Shown one piece after another: positions 30,170 through 39,724 of a stretch of DNA of 64,000 bases. Within the stretch, counting starts at the first letter, position 1; each line of letters opens with the position of its first letter. The stretch lies in IMG/VR virus record IMGVR_UViG_3300013728_000001, one strand, 5' to 3'. This stretch comes from an uncultured virus (IMG/VR IMGVR_UViG_3300013728_000001) (lineage: Duplodnaviria > Heunggongvirae > Uroviricota > Caudoviricetes). Under the pieces are notes generated by a model. That model made no database searches. It was not told the origin of the DNA and saw only the letters and a list, made by a program, of their open reading frames with translations. A program made the translations under genes and the position numbers.

Positions 30170-32857
30170 ATGGCTATCACCCAAGCTCGCATTATCGAAT
30201 CTATGGAACAAGCTTGTTCCAACGTTGCACCATCGGAATTTATCTTCGCTTTCCTGGATGCTTACGGCTTTTCAAAAAACACGATTTCACGCCTTCGCAA
30301 GGGTGATGACACACGTAACGTTGCAACCGGCAATGACATTGCTGTTAAGAAAAAAATCTACTTTTCTCCGGTTTCTGTTGGCTCAGATATCTATGCTGTT
30401 GCCGACCAACTGAAAGTTTCTAATATTGTTTTCAGGAACGATATTCGTTTTGTGATCGTTACCGACTTCACTCGCGTTGTTGCGTTCGATCTGGCTGCTG
30501 AAGAGCGTCTGGATGTTTCGATGTCCGAGCTGCATAAAAACTATGCTTTCTTCCTGCCGCTTGCGGGGTACGAAAAAGCGGTCATGTATACCGAGCATCC
30601 AGCCGACGTTAAAGCGTCTGAAAAAATGGGTGACCTGTTCGATCTTATCCGCGAACGTAATGACCTCTCAAAACTAGAAGACATTCACGCACTCAACGTG
30701 TTTTTAACTCGCCTGCTCTTCTGCTTCTACGCTGATGACACGGGCATTTTTGAGCGCGACCAGCTGACTATCGCCATTCAGGCTTACACGAAAGAAGACG
30801 GCTCAGACGTAGACCAGTTCTTTACTGACCTCTTTGCCGTGCTGAACCTGAAAACCACTGCGCCTGAACGTCAAAGCCTGCCTGTTCACCTTCAGGCTTT
30901 CCCATACGTTAACGGTGGCTTATTCAAAGCGGATGAACCTATTCCAGAGTTTGGCCGCAAATCTCGCCGCATCCTGATTGACTGCGGCTCAATGAACTGG
31001 TCTGAAATCAACCCAGACATTTTTGGTTCAATGTTCCAGGCGGTGATCGACGAAAACCAGCGCGGAAACCTCGGCCAGCACTACACCTCAGTTTCAAACA
31101 TCATGAAGGTGATCCAGCCGCTGTTTCTAGACAAGCTCTATGCTGAGCTGGAAAAAGCGCGTAAGAGTGAGCGTAAGCTCACCGAGCTGCATGTGCGTAT
31201 TCAGCAGATAAAAATCTTCGACCCTGCGTGTGGTTCAGGTAACTTCCTGATCATCGCTTACAAAGAGCTGCGTAAGCTGGAGATGGAAATTGTTCGCGCG
31301 ATGCGTGAATTAGATCCGCAGTCGATTCACCTGCCAAACCTGTCACTGTCAAACCTCTATGGCATTGAGATTGACGACTTTGCATGTGAGATCGCTCGCC
31401 TTTCTCTCTGGCTGGCTGAGCACCAGCTGAATAGCCAATGGGAAAAAGAGTTCGGCTATGCTCCACCAGCATTGCCACTGCGTGACAGCGGCAAGATCCA
31501 TCATGAAAACAGCCTTCGCGTTGACTGGCAGACGGTTTGTGCCAAAAAACCTGATGATGAGGTGTATCTGATTGGTAATCCGCCATTTTTAGGAACCGCT
31601 GGGCGTACTGAAAAACAAAGAGAAGATATGCAGGAAATTTTCAAGGGTTTCAAATCACTCGGTTATCTTGATTACGTGGCCTGTTGGTTCTGGAAAGGCG
31701 CGCAATACATTAAAGACTCTTCTTCGGAAATGGCTTTAGTATCAACAAATTCTATTTGCCAAGGCGAACAAGTTTCTACACTCTGGACTCCGATGTTTGC
31801 TTTAGGGTTGAATATTTCTTTTGCTTTCCCAACATTTTCCTGGGTTAACAATGCCCGTGATGCAGCAGCAGTTCATGTGATTATCATAGGTCTTTCAGCT
31901 AAGAAACTTCAGGCAAGGCTTTTCAATAACCTCGGTGGAAATTGGCATAGCAAAGTTGTTTCCAATATCAGCCCATATCTTATCGAAGGAAGTAATACTA
32001 TCGTTACTCCTGAAAAAAAGCCTTTAAATAAAAAAATATCACCACTTCTTTTTGGGAATAAACCTACTGATGGCGGGAATCTTTTTTTAGATAGAGCTGA
32101 AATGGAGCATCTTATCGCTGTAGAGCCGCAAGCTAAAAAATGGATTAAAAAAATCCTTGGCGCAGCTGAATTGCTTAATGGTAAAGAACGTTGGTGTCTC
32201 TGGCTTGTTGACGCAACCAAAGAGGATTTAGATGCGATGCCTATCGTGTCTCACCGCATCGCTCGTGTTAAAGAACTTAGAATTAAAGCTGGACACCCTG
32301 CCGCTCTGAAAATGTCAGAAAAACCTCATATGTTTATCCAGGTAAGTCAACCTAAAACTGGAAGCTATATTATGGTCCCTCGCGTTTCTTCTGAACGCAG
32401 AGATTATATTCCAATGGGTTTCTTTAACAGTGACACTATTTGCTCTGATGCAAACATGTTCATCCCTAATGGAACTCTTTATGAGTTTGGTATTTTGGCG
32501 TCAATGATGCACAATGACTGGATGCGTCTTGTGGCTGGTCGCTTAAAAAGCGATTACCGCTATTCTTCATCTGTTGTTTACAACACATTCCCTTGGCCAG
32601 AAGTCACAGATACTCAAATCTTAAAAATTGAAAGTTTAGCTGAGGATATTTTGATGATTCGTGAAGATTTTCCAGAGAAAACTCTTGCTGAGCTTTATGA
32701 CCCAAGAAAAATGCCTGAATCTTTGCGTAACGCACATCAGGATCTGGATCGCTCAGTCGAGAAACTGTATCGCGATAAACCATTTAAAGACGCTGCAGAG
32801 CGCCAGTCACACCTGATCGCTTGCTATGAAAGCTCTGTTAACAAAGGAGCAAAATAA
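30170..32857 (+). CDS. MmeI/YeeA-like N6-adenine DNA methyltransferase with target-recognition domain
   Basis: FPYVNGGLF, IFGSMFQ, G.HYTS, FDPACGSGNF (motif I), GNPPF (motif IV), GRLKSDYRYS and YNTFPWP. Confidence 0.93.
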   Translation: MAITQARIIESMEQACSNVAPSEFIFAFLDAYGFSKNTISRLRKGDDTRNVATGNDIAVKKKIYFSPVSVGSDIYAVADQLKVSNIVFRNDIRFVIVTDFTRVVAFDLAAEERLDVSMSELHKNYAFFLPLAGYEKAVMYTEHPADVKASEKMGDLFDLIRERNDLSKLEDIHALNVFLTRLLFCFYADDTGIFERDQLTIAIQAYTKEDGSDVDQFFTDLFAVLNLKTTAPERQSLPVHLQAFPYVNGGLFKADEPIPEFGRKSRRILIDCGSMNWSEINPDIFGSMFQAVIDENQRGNLGQHYTSVSNIMKVIQPLFLDKLYAELEKARKSERKLTELHVRIQQIKIFDPACGSGNFLIIAYKELRKLEMEIVRAMRELDPQSIHLPNLSLSNLYGIEIDDFACEIARLSLWLAEHQLNSQWEKEFGYAPPALPLRDSGKIHHENSLRVDWQTVCAKKPDDEVYLIGNPPFLGTAGRTEKQREDMQEIFKGFKSLGYLDYVACWFWKGAQYIKDSSSEMALVSTNSICQGEQVSTLWTPMFALGLNISFAFPTFSWVNNARDAAAVHVIIIGLSAKKLQARLFNNLGGNWHSKVVSNISPYLIEGSNTIVTPEKKPLNKKISPLLFGNKPTDGGNLFLDRAEMEHLIAVEPQAKKWIKKILGAAELLNGKERWCLWLVDATKEDLDAMPIVSHRIARVKELRIKAGHPAALKMSEKPHMFIQVSQPKTGSYIMVPRVSSERRDYIPMGFFNSDTICSDANMFIPNGTLYEFGILASMMHNDWMRLVAGRLKSDYRYSSSVVYNTFPWPEVTDTQILKIESLAEDILMIREDFPEKTLAELYDPRKMPESLRNAHQDLDRSVEKLYRDKPFKDAAERQSHLIACYESSVNKGAK

Positions 32858-34908
32858 TGACGGACTTACTGACAGTAAACTATAAGCAGACTGGTAAAAG
32901 CGCAAACCTGAACAGCATGGGCATGCGTGAGATGCAGGCTCGCGCTTTTGATTCTCGCAATGCTCAATACCTTCTGTTGAAAGCACCACCAGCATCAGGT
33001 AAATCCCGCGCGCTGATGTTCTTGGGGCTGGACAAGCTCCATAACCAAGGCGTGAAAAAGGTCATCGTGGCCGTGCCTGAGATGAGTATCGGCGGATCGT
33101 TCAGAGACACCGACCTGAAAAGCGGCGGTTTCTTTGCTAACTGGACCGTGTTGCCGAGCAATAACCTGTGTATTCCTGGCGGCGAAAACCAGAAGGTTTC
33201 AGCGTTCGTCAACTTCATGCATGACCCATCAGCTCAAACGCTGGTTTGTACCCATGCCACATTGCGCTTTGCCTTCCAGCAGCTCTCGCCATCTGATTTC
33301 GACGGCATGCTGCTGGCCATTGACGAATTCCACCATGCATCAGCCGGTGAAGAAAACCGCTTAGGCGCTATGATTGACAGCTTGATGGCCGAATCAACCG
33401 CTCACATCGTGGCAATGACCGGATCGTACTTCCGTGGTGATGCTATCCCTATCCTGCTGCCCGAGGATGAAGAGAAGTTCACTCAGGTGACGTATTCGTA
33501 CTATGAGCAGCTGAATGGCTATCGATACCTGAAATCCCTTGGCATTGGATATCACTTCTACACTGGCCGCTACTTTGACGCGATCCATGAAGTGCTCGAT
33601 ACCTCAAAGAAAACGATCATCCACATCCCTAATGTGAATTCGATTGAGTCCACAAAGGACAAGTATTCAGAGGTCGATTACATCCTAGACGCTATCGGTA
33701 AGGTCGTTTCTAAGGATATGCAGACCGGCATCATCACCGTCCAGGATAAGACTGGCCGACTGCTTAAGGTTGCTGACCTGGTTGATGATAATCCGTTGCG
33801 TATTGAGGTTCAGAACTACCTTCGCAATGTGAAGCATCGCGATGATATGGACATCATCATTGCCCTGGGCATGGCGAAAGAAGGTTTTGACTGGCCTTGG
33901 TGTGAGCACGTTTTGACTATCGGCTATCGCTCTTCGCTGACGGAAATCATTCAGATCATTGGCCGCGCCACTCGCGACTCTGAAGGTAAATCGCATGCGC
34001 AGTTCACCAACCTGATTGCCCAGCCAGACGCTGAAGACGATGACGTTAAGGTATCCGTTAACAACATGCTTAAAGCGATCACCGTTTCACTGTTGATGGA
34101 GCAAGTGCTGGCACCTTCCATCACCTTTAAACCTCGCTCACGCATGATGCCAGGTGAGCAGGCCGCACCGGGTACAGTTGTAATCGATGACATAAGCTCG
34201 CCGGTATCAGACAAAGTGATCAAGGCGCTGGAGAACATGGACAACATCAAAGCGGCGATTCTTCAAAAGCCGGAAGTGATTGCACCTACTGTGACCGGCG
34301 ATCCTAGCCAGGAAGTGCTGGAGCTGGTAGAGATCCCGAAAGTGATCGAGACAATGTATCCAGAAATGGACGCAGACGAAGTGCAGACTGTTGCGGAGGC
34401 TGTTCACACGTCAATGGTCGTTCAGTCTACCGGTGGCGTGATTAACGAGGCTGATTTACTTGCTGGAGCCATTATCGTTGACGGGAAAGGCCAGATCGAG
34501 ACGTTCAAGCCTAAAGCACTGCCAGCCAATAACGGTGAGGTAAAAGGGAATCGCGAGTTCGTTAACATTGGCGGCAAGTTTATCAACATCGAAAATCTCA
34601 ATGTTGACCTGATCCGGCAGGTGAACCCTTTCCAAGGTGCTTACGAAATTCTGTCTAAAGCGGTGACGACAGATGTGTTGAAAACCATCCAGGACACCGT
34701 CACCGGCATGCGCTCAACCATGACTGAGGAAGAGGCTATTGTGCTCTGGAAGCATGTACTGGATTTTCGCCGCGACAAAGGTCGTGAGCCTTCTGTAAGA
34801 GCCGCTGATGCCTTTGAGCGTCGTCTTGGTGATGCGCTGGCATTCGTTAAGCGTAAGAAGGCTGAGCAGCTTCTGGCTCAGGCTAAAGAGGCTAACGGTG
34901 CAGAATAA
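32857..34908 (+). CDS. YeeB-like superfamily-2 (DEAD/DEAH) helicase/ATPase
   Basis: APPASGKS, IDEFHH, MTGS, KEGFD and QIIGRATR. Confidence 0.92.
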   Translation: MTDLLTVNYKQTGKSANLNSMGMREMQARAFDSRNAQYLLLKAPPASGKSRALMFLGLDKLHNQGVKKVIVAVPEMSIGGSFRDTDLKSGGFFANWTVLPSNNLCIPGGENQKVSAFVNFMHDPSAQTLVCTHATLRFAFQQLSPSDFDGMLLAIDEFHHASAGEENRLGAMIDSLMAESTAHIVAMTGSYFRGDAIPILLPEDEEKFTQVTYSYYEQLNGYRYLKSLGIGYHFYTGRYFDAIHEVLDTSKKTIIHIPNVNSIESTKDKYSEVDYILDAIGKVVSKDMQTGIITVQDKTGRLLKVADLVDDNPLRIEVQNYLRNVKHRDDMDIIIALGMAKEGFDWPWCEHVLTIGYRSSLTEIIQIIGRATRDSEGKSHAQFTNLIAQPDAEDDDVKVSVNNMLKAITVSLLMEQVLAPSITFKPRSRMMPGEQAAPGTVVIDDISSPVSDKVIKALENMDNIKAAILQKPEVIAPTVTGDPSQEVLELVEIPKVIETMYPEMDADEVQTVAEAVHTSMVVQSTGGVINEADLLAGAIIVDGKGQIETFKPKALPANNGEVKGNREFVNIGGKFINIENLNVDLIRQVNPFQGAYEILSKAVTTDVLKTIQDTVTGMRSTMTEEEAIVLWKHVLDFRRDKGREPSVRAADAFERRLGDALAFVKRKKAEQLLAQAKEANGAE

Positions 34909-36170
34909 TGGCTTTCACACATCATAAAAACAAGGGCGCTTTGCGCCCTACCCTGGCAGACATTTTCAGCAGCGATGATGAGTTTGGCTTACTGAATGTT
35001 GAGGCAAAAAAGGGCAACTATTCATCTTCACCAGAAGTGGCGAAATTTGAAGAAATCAGCGCGTTTGTGGATCAGCATGGCCGCCAACCATCTGCCGACG
35101 GTGATCTGAGTGAGAAGTTGCTTGCGCGCCGCTTGATGGGTTATCAGCAGAATGATGGCATGCAACCGCTGTTGCTTCCTTTTGACCGTCATGGACTGTT
35201 GCCTGACTTGGGTGAATTAGAGGGCGACTTAGGTGAAACCCATGACGCAGTTACGGCGGCGGCTTCCGCTTTGTCAGAGGAATTTACCTCGCTGGATGAC
35301 ATTTTTGCGAGTACATCATTTGATGAGTTTGACCTGGGCGACACCAGCATTCTGAGTTCGGTGAATGTTGAGTTCAACAAGTCAGCCGATCCTGATGAAG
35401 TGGCGCACCGCCGGGTATGCAAAGATTTTTACCAGTTTGAATCGACATTCAAACAACTGCATGACTATCTCAAGTCTGGAAAGGCCAGCGCTATTCGATT
35501 TATCAAAGGCTCCCAAGTTCAGACCGGTGATGCATTTATCATGGATGGCGTAATTTGCATCGTTGATGAAGTTGGCGAGTATCGCGAAGAAAAAGATGGC
35601 CGCTATAACCCTCGTTTACGTCTAATTTTTGAAAATGGCACTGAGTCGAATCACTTGCTCCGCTCTTTGTCAAAGCGACTTTACAAAGAAGAAACGGGCC
35701 GTCGCATAATACAGGATGGCGATTCTGTTGCTGAGATATTCAACAACATTACTCATAAAGACAAACGCTCTGGCCAGATCTACTTTGTGACAACGAAAAG
35801 TGACAATCCGGTGCTGTCTTCAATACCGAACCTCATCAAGATTGGCTATACGGAGTATACCGTAGAGGAACGGACTAAGAACGCGATTAACGACCCGGCG
35901 TTTCTGGAGTCGCCGGTAAAAATCTTAGCTTCTATGGAGTGTTATAACCTAAACCCCAATAAGTTTGAGACGCTGATCCACGGTTTTTTACACTCACAGC
36001 GCCTGAAGGTGACGCTCACCGGTAAGAACGGTAAAGCTTATCACCCTAGCGAATGGTTTTCGGTGCCGCTGGATACCGCCCGCGAGGTGGTTAAGCGCAT
36101 CATCGATGGCTCTATCGTGCATTACCGGATGGATAATACCACCGGAAAGATAGTGATGAAAAAGGGCTGA
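34908..36170 (+). CDS. YeeC-like GIY-YIG (T5orf172/MUG113-type) nuclease
   Basis: GQIYFV...IKIGYT...VEER...E..IH...EWF. Confidence 0.88.
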   Translation: MAFTHHKNKGALRPTLADIFSSDDEFGLLNVEAKKGNYSSSPEVAKFEEISAFVDQHGRQPSADGDLSEKLLARRLMGYQQNDGMQPLLLPFDRHGLLPDLGELEGDLGETHDAVTAAASALSEEFTSLDDIFASTSFDEFDLGDTSILSSVNVEFNKSADPDEVAHRRVCKDFYQFESTFKQLHDYLKSGKASAIRFIKGSQVQTGDAFIMDGVICIVDEVGEYREEKDGRYNPRLRLIFENGTESNHLLRSLSKRLYKEETGRRIIQDGDSVAEIFNNITHKDKRSGQIYFVTTKSDNPVLSSIPNLIKIGYTEYTVEERTKNAINDPAFLESPVKILASMECYNLNPNKFETLIHGFLHSQRLKVTLTGKNGKAYHPSEWFSVPLDTAREVVKRIIDGSIVHYRMDNTTGKIVMKKG

Positions 36171-36172
36171 TA

Positions 36173-36445
36173 ATGCCCAAGGCAGAAGTGGTCATCGACG
36201 ATTTACAGGGTGAAGTCATCGATCTAGGTAATTGTTACGTGGTAGAAGTCGCAGGAGACGAGGCGCAAGGATGCTGCCCGTACTGTGAATCCGATACGCC
36301 GTATAAACATGGCGTTAAGCAACATCATTTCGTTGATATACCCCATGACGGAAAGTCTACCCTTTTGCGTGTTGAGCGGGCGCGCTGGCGCTGTCGCTCT
36401 TGCCGGAAAAGCTTATTTTCGCCTGACCTGCGCCCCGTTGATTAA
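36173..36445 (+). CDS. Stand-alone zinc-finger resembling the ISL3 transposase N-terminus
   Basis: CPYC...YKHG....F.D.P..G....L...R.RWRC..C; no DDE domain follows. Confidence 0.6.
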   Translation: MPKAEVVIDDLQGEVIDLGNCYVVEVAGDEAQGCCPYCESDTPYKHGVKQHHFVDIPHDGKSTLLRVERARWRCRSCRKSLFSPDLRPVD

Positions 36446-36460
36446 TTCACCGTGCTATTA

Positions 36461-36489
36461 GCAACGTCCGCTGTTCGCTCATAGCGGAC
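36461..36489. repeat. Hairpin element GCAACGTCCGCT-N10-AGCGGAC (right border of defence cassette)
   Basis: 26/29 identical to the reverse complement of 29951-29979. Confidence 0.7.
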
Positions 36490-36708
36490 CATTCATTTTT
36501 TCAAGCCTGAAGAATTGAACGCATGCAACTGACTAACACTTTGCACCACTCAGATTCCTGAGCTCAAACACAACGGTCCCCTCCACCAGCATTACTGACT
36601 GCTTCTCACCTGTAGACAGTGACTTATTGCGGCATGCCACCGATGTGACTTTGCAGTGATCCGTACGCCAGCCCAGCAGTTCCAGCCCTTTAAGTATTAG
36701 CGTTTCCA

Positions 36709-37287
36709 TTAAATCAGTCTCCAGTCGCTTGCCAGCAGATCGGCGGTTACGGGCGTCCAGTCAGCCGTTGTCAGCTGCTCAGTATTGGTCAGAACGAACT
36801 GAGGCATACGCGTTACGGACGCCTGCGGATCGTGGTCAAAGAATCGCGCCGGCACGCCGTACATATCGGTGCCGTTTAGCGGGTGCCGTGTGGTGCCTCT
36901 GTTGAGGCGCAGATGTGTTCCCTCTCCCCACGCTTTACGTGCCACTTTTGCGCCGTCAGAGAGCCACACATGCGCGACGGCCATCGGCGCGCCCTCTTCC
37001 CTGAATTTCAGCATGCCCTCGTCTATCAGCTGCTCGTTGCGCAGGATCAGATCGTTCAGCTTCAGCATGGCCAGACAGGCAGCATGATTAAGCGATTCCC
37101 CGCGGGCGGTCATGGTCAGTGCGCCTTTGCTCACCGTGGCTGACCAGTCTGTTGCGGTCTGTGACTGGTGCGTTACCACAAAGCCCAGGTGCTCCAGAAC
37201 GTTCAGCAGCGCCATATAGTCACCGGTATAGTTGCCTGCAGCGCCGGCAATCATGCCAATCATTCCGTTTATTTGTTGATCGTTCAT
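36709..37287 (-). CDS. ABA-sandwich-like domain fused to a DUF2829/Tad2-like domain
   Basis: G.KVARKAW...W.P...DLLASDW C-terminal signature; N-terminal YT.D..A...V.E...A.C.A.LK. Confidence 0.7.
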   Translation of the reverse strand: MNDQQINGMIGMIAGAAGNYTGDYMALLNVLEHLGFVVTHQSQTATDWSATVSKGALTMTARGESLNHAACLAMLKLNDLILRNEQLIDEGMLKFREEGAPMAVAHVWLSDGAKVARKAWGEGTHLRLNRGTTRHPLNGTDMYGVPARFFDHDPQASVTRMPQFVLTNTEQLTTADWTPVTADLLASDWRLI

Positions 37288-37289
37288 CC

Positions 37290-37547
37290 TTAGTAAACCC
37301 GTTTGATTTTGCGCTTGTGGGCGCTCTGCCTGCGCTTCTGCGCGGTCTGCCGTTCACGTTCACGTTCGCGGTGCTGATGCGCTTCTTCCATGCTGGTGGC
37401 CAGACGCTGTATTCCGTCCTCGGCGGTCAGCTGTGGGCGGTCCGGCAGCTGCAGCGACCTGACCTGCAGCACGGGAACGGTTGGCGGCCGGCGCGCCAGC
37501 CAGGTGAGACTTCCCATTAATGCGCCCATCAGTGCGATCTTTTTCAT
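37290..37547 (-). CDS. Hypothetical basic protein
   Basis: GAGAG RBS; Arg/Lys-rich C-terminus. Confidence 0.55.
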   Translation of the reverse strand: MKKIALMGALMGSLTWLARRPPTVPVLQVRSLQLPDRPQLTAEDGIQRLATSMEEAHQHRERERERQTAQKRRQSAHKRKIKRVY

Positions 37548-37687
37548 GCTCTCTCTCTGTCGTGCAGGCGTGCAGAATCCCCGGCGATTGCCGGTGATCA
37601 AAATTCACCTAATTAATTCCGGCGCCGGGTGCGCACGGGGATGTTCTGAGGCCTGTCCCGGCGACTGGCCGGGTGGCTATGTAGGCA

Positions 37688-37789
37688 TTGTGCTGGCCGG
37701 ATTTGAACCGGCGACCTTTCGCTTGTCCCTTTCACCGCCCTGCAGGCCGAATAAAAGAGCGAACGCTGCTGCCGCTGAGCTACAACACA
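37688..37789 (-). ncRNA. tRNA-like RNA with about 36-nt insert in the anticodon loop
   Basis: Acceptor TGTGTTG/CAGCACA, TAGCTCAG D-arm start, TTCGC/GCGAA stem, AGGTC, GCCGG-TTCAAAT-CCGGC T-arm; no encoded CCA. Confidence 0.65.
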
Positions 37790-38423
37790 ACGATAAAAGC
37801 CCGTCTGCCGGTGCTCTTACCTGTTGGCCTGTATCAGCTGGCCACCAGCTGTGCGATTAGCCATTTATGACCGGCAAACAGTCCGGCATTCAGCAGCAGA
37901 TGAAACATGACAAACTGCATCGCTCTGACTGTTTTGGTGTACATGCTGGTGTCCATACTGCTTAAACCCTGATTAACTGACTGAATTGCTCTAATCATGC
38001 CTGAATTTTCATGTCAGCGCTTATGCGTGCGTATCTGTTATGCGTTAGTGGTGGCCGGTGCCATACCCGGCAAGTAACCTCTCAAGCGACTGGTCAACTC
38101 GGTTACTGGCGGCTTAAACCCCTATGCGGTGCGATTGATGAAGCGGGGGCCAGTCTTGCGATCGCAGCAGCAACTGCGAATGCACCACAACGGAGAGAGC
38201 ACTGAGCGGCTAATGCGCTTTCCTGTTGGGGTGTCGTGCTATTTGCGGCGCTTTTTCTTCGCGTCGCTGCGACAGGCTTTAATAACCGTTTCAAAGCCGT
38301 AAATGATCACCAGCGTGTAAATGATGGTGAGGGCTGGATGCTCTGCAGCAAACGCTAAAAACGGCATATCGTGTCCTGTCTGTTAGGGATGCTGGCTCCA
38401 ATGCAACTGGTCTGTACTGAAAC

Positions 38424-38507
38424 TGGCAGTGACGGCTGGATTTGAACCAGCGACCTTCCGTACTCCTGAGTTAAAGCCGGACGCTCATTCCCCTGAGCTA
38501 CATCACC
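38424..38507 (-). ncRNA. tRNA-like RNA with aberrant anticodon arm and 3' CCA
   Basis: GGTGATG/CGTCACT-G-CCA, GCTC/GAGC D-stem, GCTGG-TTCAAAT-CCAGC T-arm; TCCG..CGGA encloses 17 nt. Confidence 0.7.
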
Positions 38508-39227
38508 ATAAACGGGTTGCTGTGATCGGTTTCCGTTAGCGCGATTGTTCAATGAGGCGGGAGAGATACCCGCTTTGCCTTCGCAGCCCATCGCTGACCG
38601 CCGGCGTCGATTCGCCGGCAGGGCTTTCGCCCCGTGGATTGACTCCACAACTCCTACGGTGTGTTAAAGCAATCACCACAACGGCTGAGAGCACTGACTC
38701 CCTGCCCGGATAACGGAGCCTTTACCAGTCTCCGCCCAGTGCTCTCACCGTTGTGTGCCGGTCTTTCCCGGCTGTCACGAACTTTTTTGAGGTCTGCCGC
38801 TGACCTTGCCCTGCCAGCAGCCAAATTAGCCAGTAAGCAGCGCGTCGCCCGGTGTTGGCGTGTAATGCATGGGGGGCTGGTGCCTCCAGCTGTCCGATAC
38901 GGAACCTACGGACGGGGATATTGAACAGTTACCAAGAGTATATATCTGAGTTCCGCCCCGCGTGCGCATAGCCGCATTCCCCCATTTGTGAGCGTGCTGT
39001 CAAAGGTAGTTTTACCCGTCGCCAGGCAGCAAGAGGATGCCAGCACGCTCACAAATGGCGATCCCTTACGGGGATCAGGCGGGAACTTGTTTAAGCCTCA
39101 CGGGGCGTTCTATGCGCGGGATAGTCCAAAACCGCGTTCACTGCCGTGACAGGAGGGGCTACATGCCGTTCACCCTACTCATAACACGCCCGGAAAAGGT
39201 AATAACCGGGAGCGGCCCGTTACGAAC

Positions 39228-39300
39228 TGGTGCATGGGGCCGGATTTGAACCGGCGGCGGACTTAACAACTTCTGCGTTCGGCCTCTTCGCTACCCATGC
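39228..39300 (-). tRNA. Degenerate tRNA (Asn-like GTT loop, poorly paired anticodon stem), 3' CCA
   Basis: GCATGGG/CCCATGC-A-CCA, GCG/CGC D-stem, GCCGG-TTCAAAT-CCGGC T-arm. Confidence 0.6.
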
Positions 39301-39636
39301 TGAATTAGTGCCGGTGCATACCCGGCGCGGACACTTAGGCATCTGGTCAACCTGTCCGCTTGCGAAACAAAAGGGAAGAACCACCCCTGCCAGATTTGCA
39401 TTGCGTCTGCCTCGCTGCTGAATCCTCTCTCCGATTCAGCCGTGAGCACACATCATGCACTCACGGTTAAACCTGAAAAAAAGCCCGAAAACTATCGGGC
39501 ATTAAATGTTACCAACCAATATAAAGCGCACTCACAAAATGCGCTTTAGAGTGGGGAAAAAGACAGGCTAAACAAAATGTTACCGTCCAGCCTGATTGCA
39601 CTAAGTTTTTAAAGACACGATGTTACAGCGAGAAGA

Positions 39637-39665
39637 AATGTACACAAAAATACGGAAACAATCAA
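39637..39665 (-). promoter_or_regulatory. Sigma70-like promoter reading into the ncRNA array
   Basis: TTGATT-17 bp-TACATT on the minus strand. Confidence 0.6.
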
Positions 39666-39724
39666 TTAAAAATGGCTTTCTATTTTAGAAATGAATATGT
39701 TTATTTCAGGCTGCTTTTTGGCCC

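Noticed and set aside
37985..37995. ATTGCTCTAAT, the first 11 nt of the P1 C1 operator
   Set aside because: The remaining positions do not match and it is a single occurrence; probably chance.
37390..39421. Numerous short ORFs inside the ncRNA array
   Set aside because: No clear RBS or family motifs; they overlap tRNA-like and hairpin structures.
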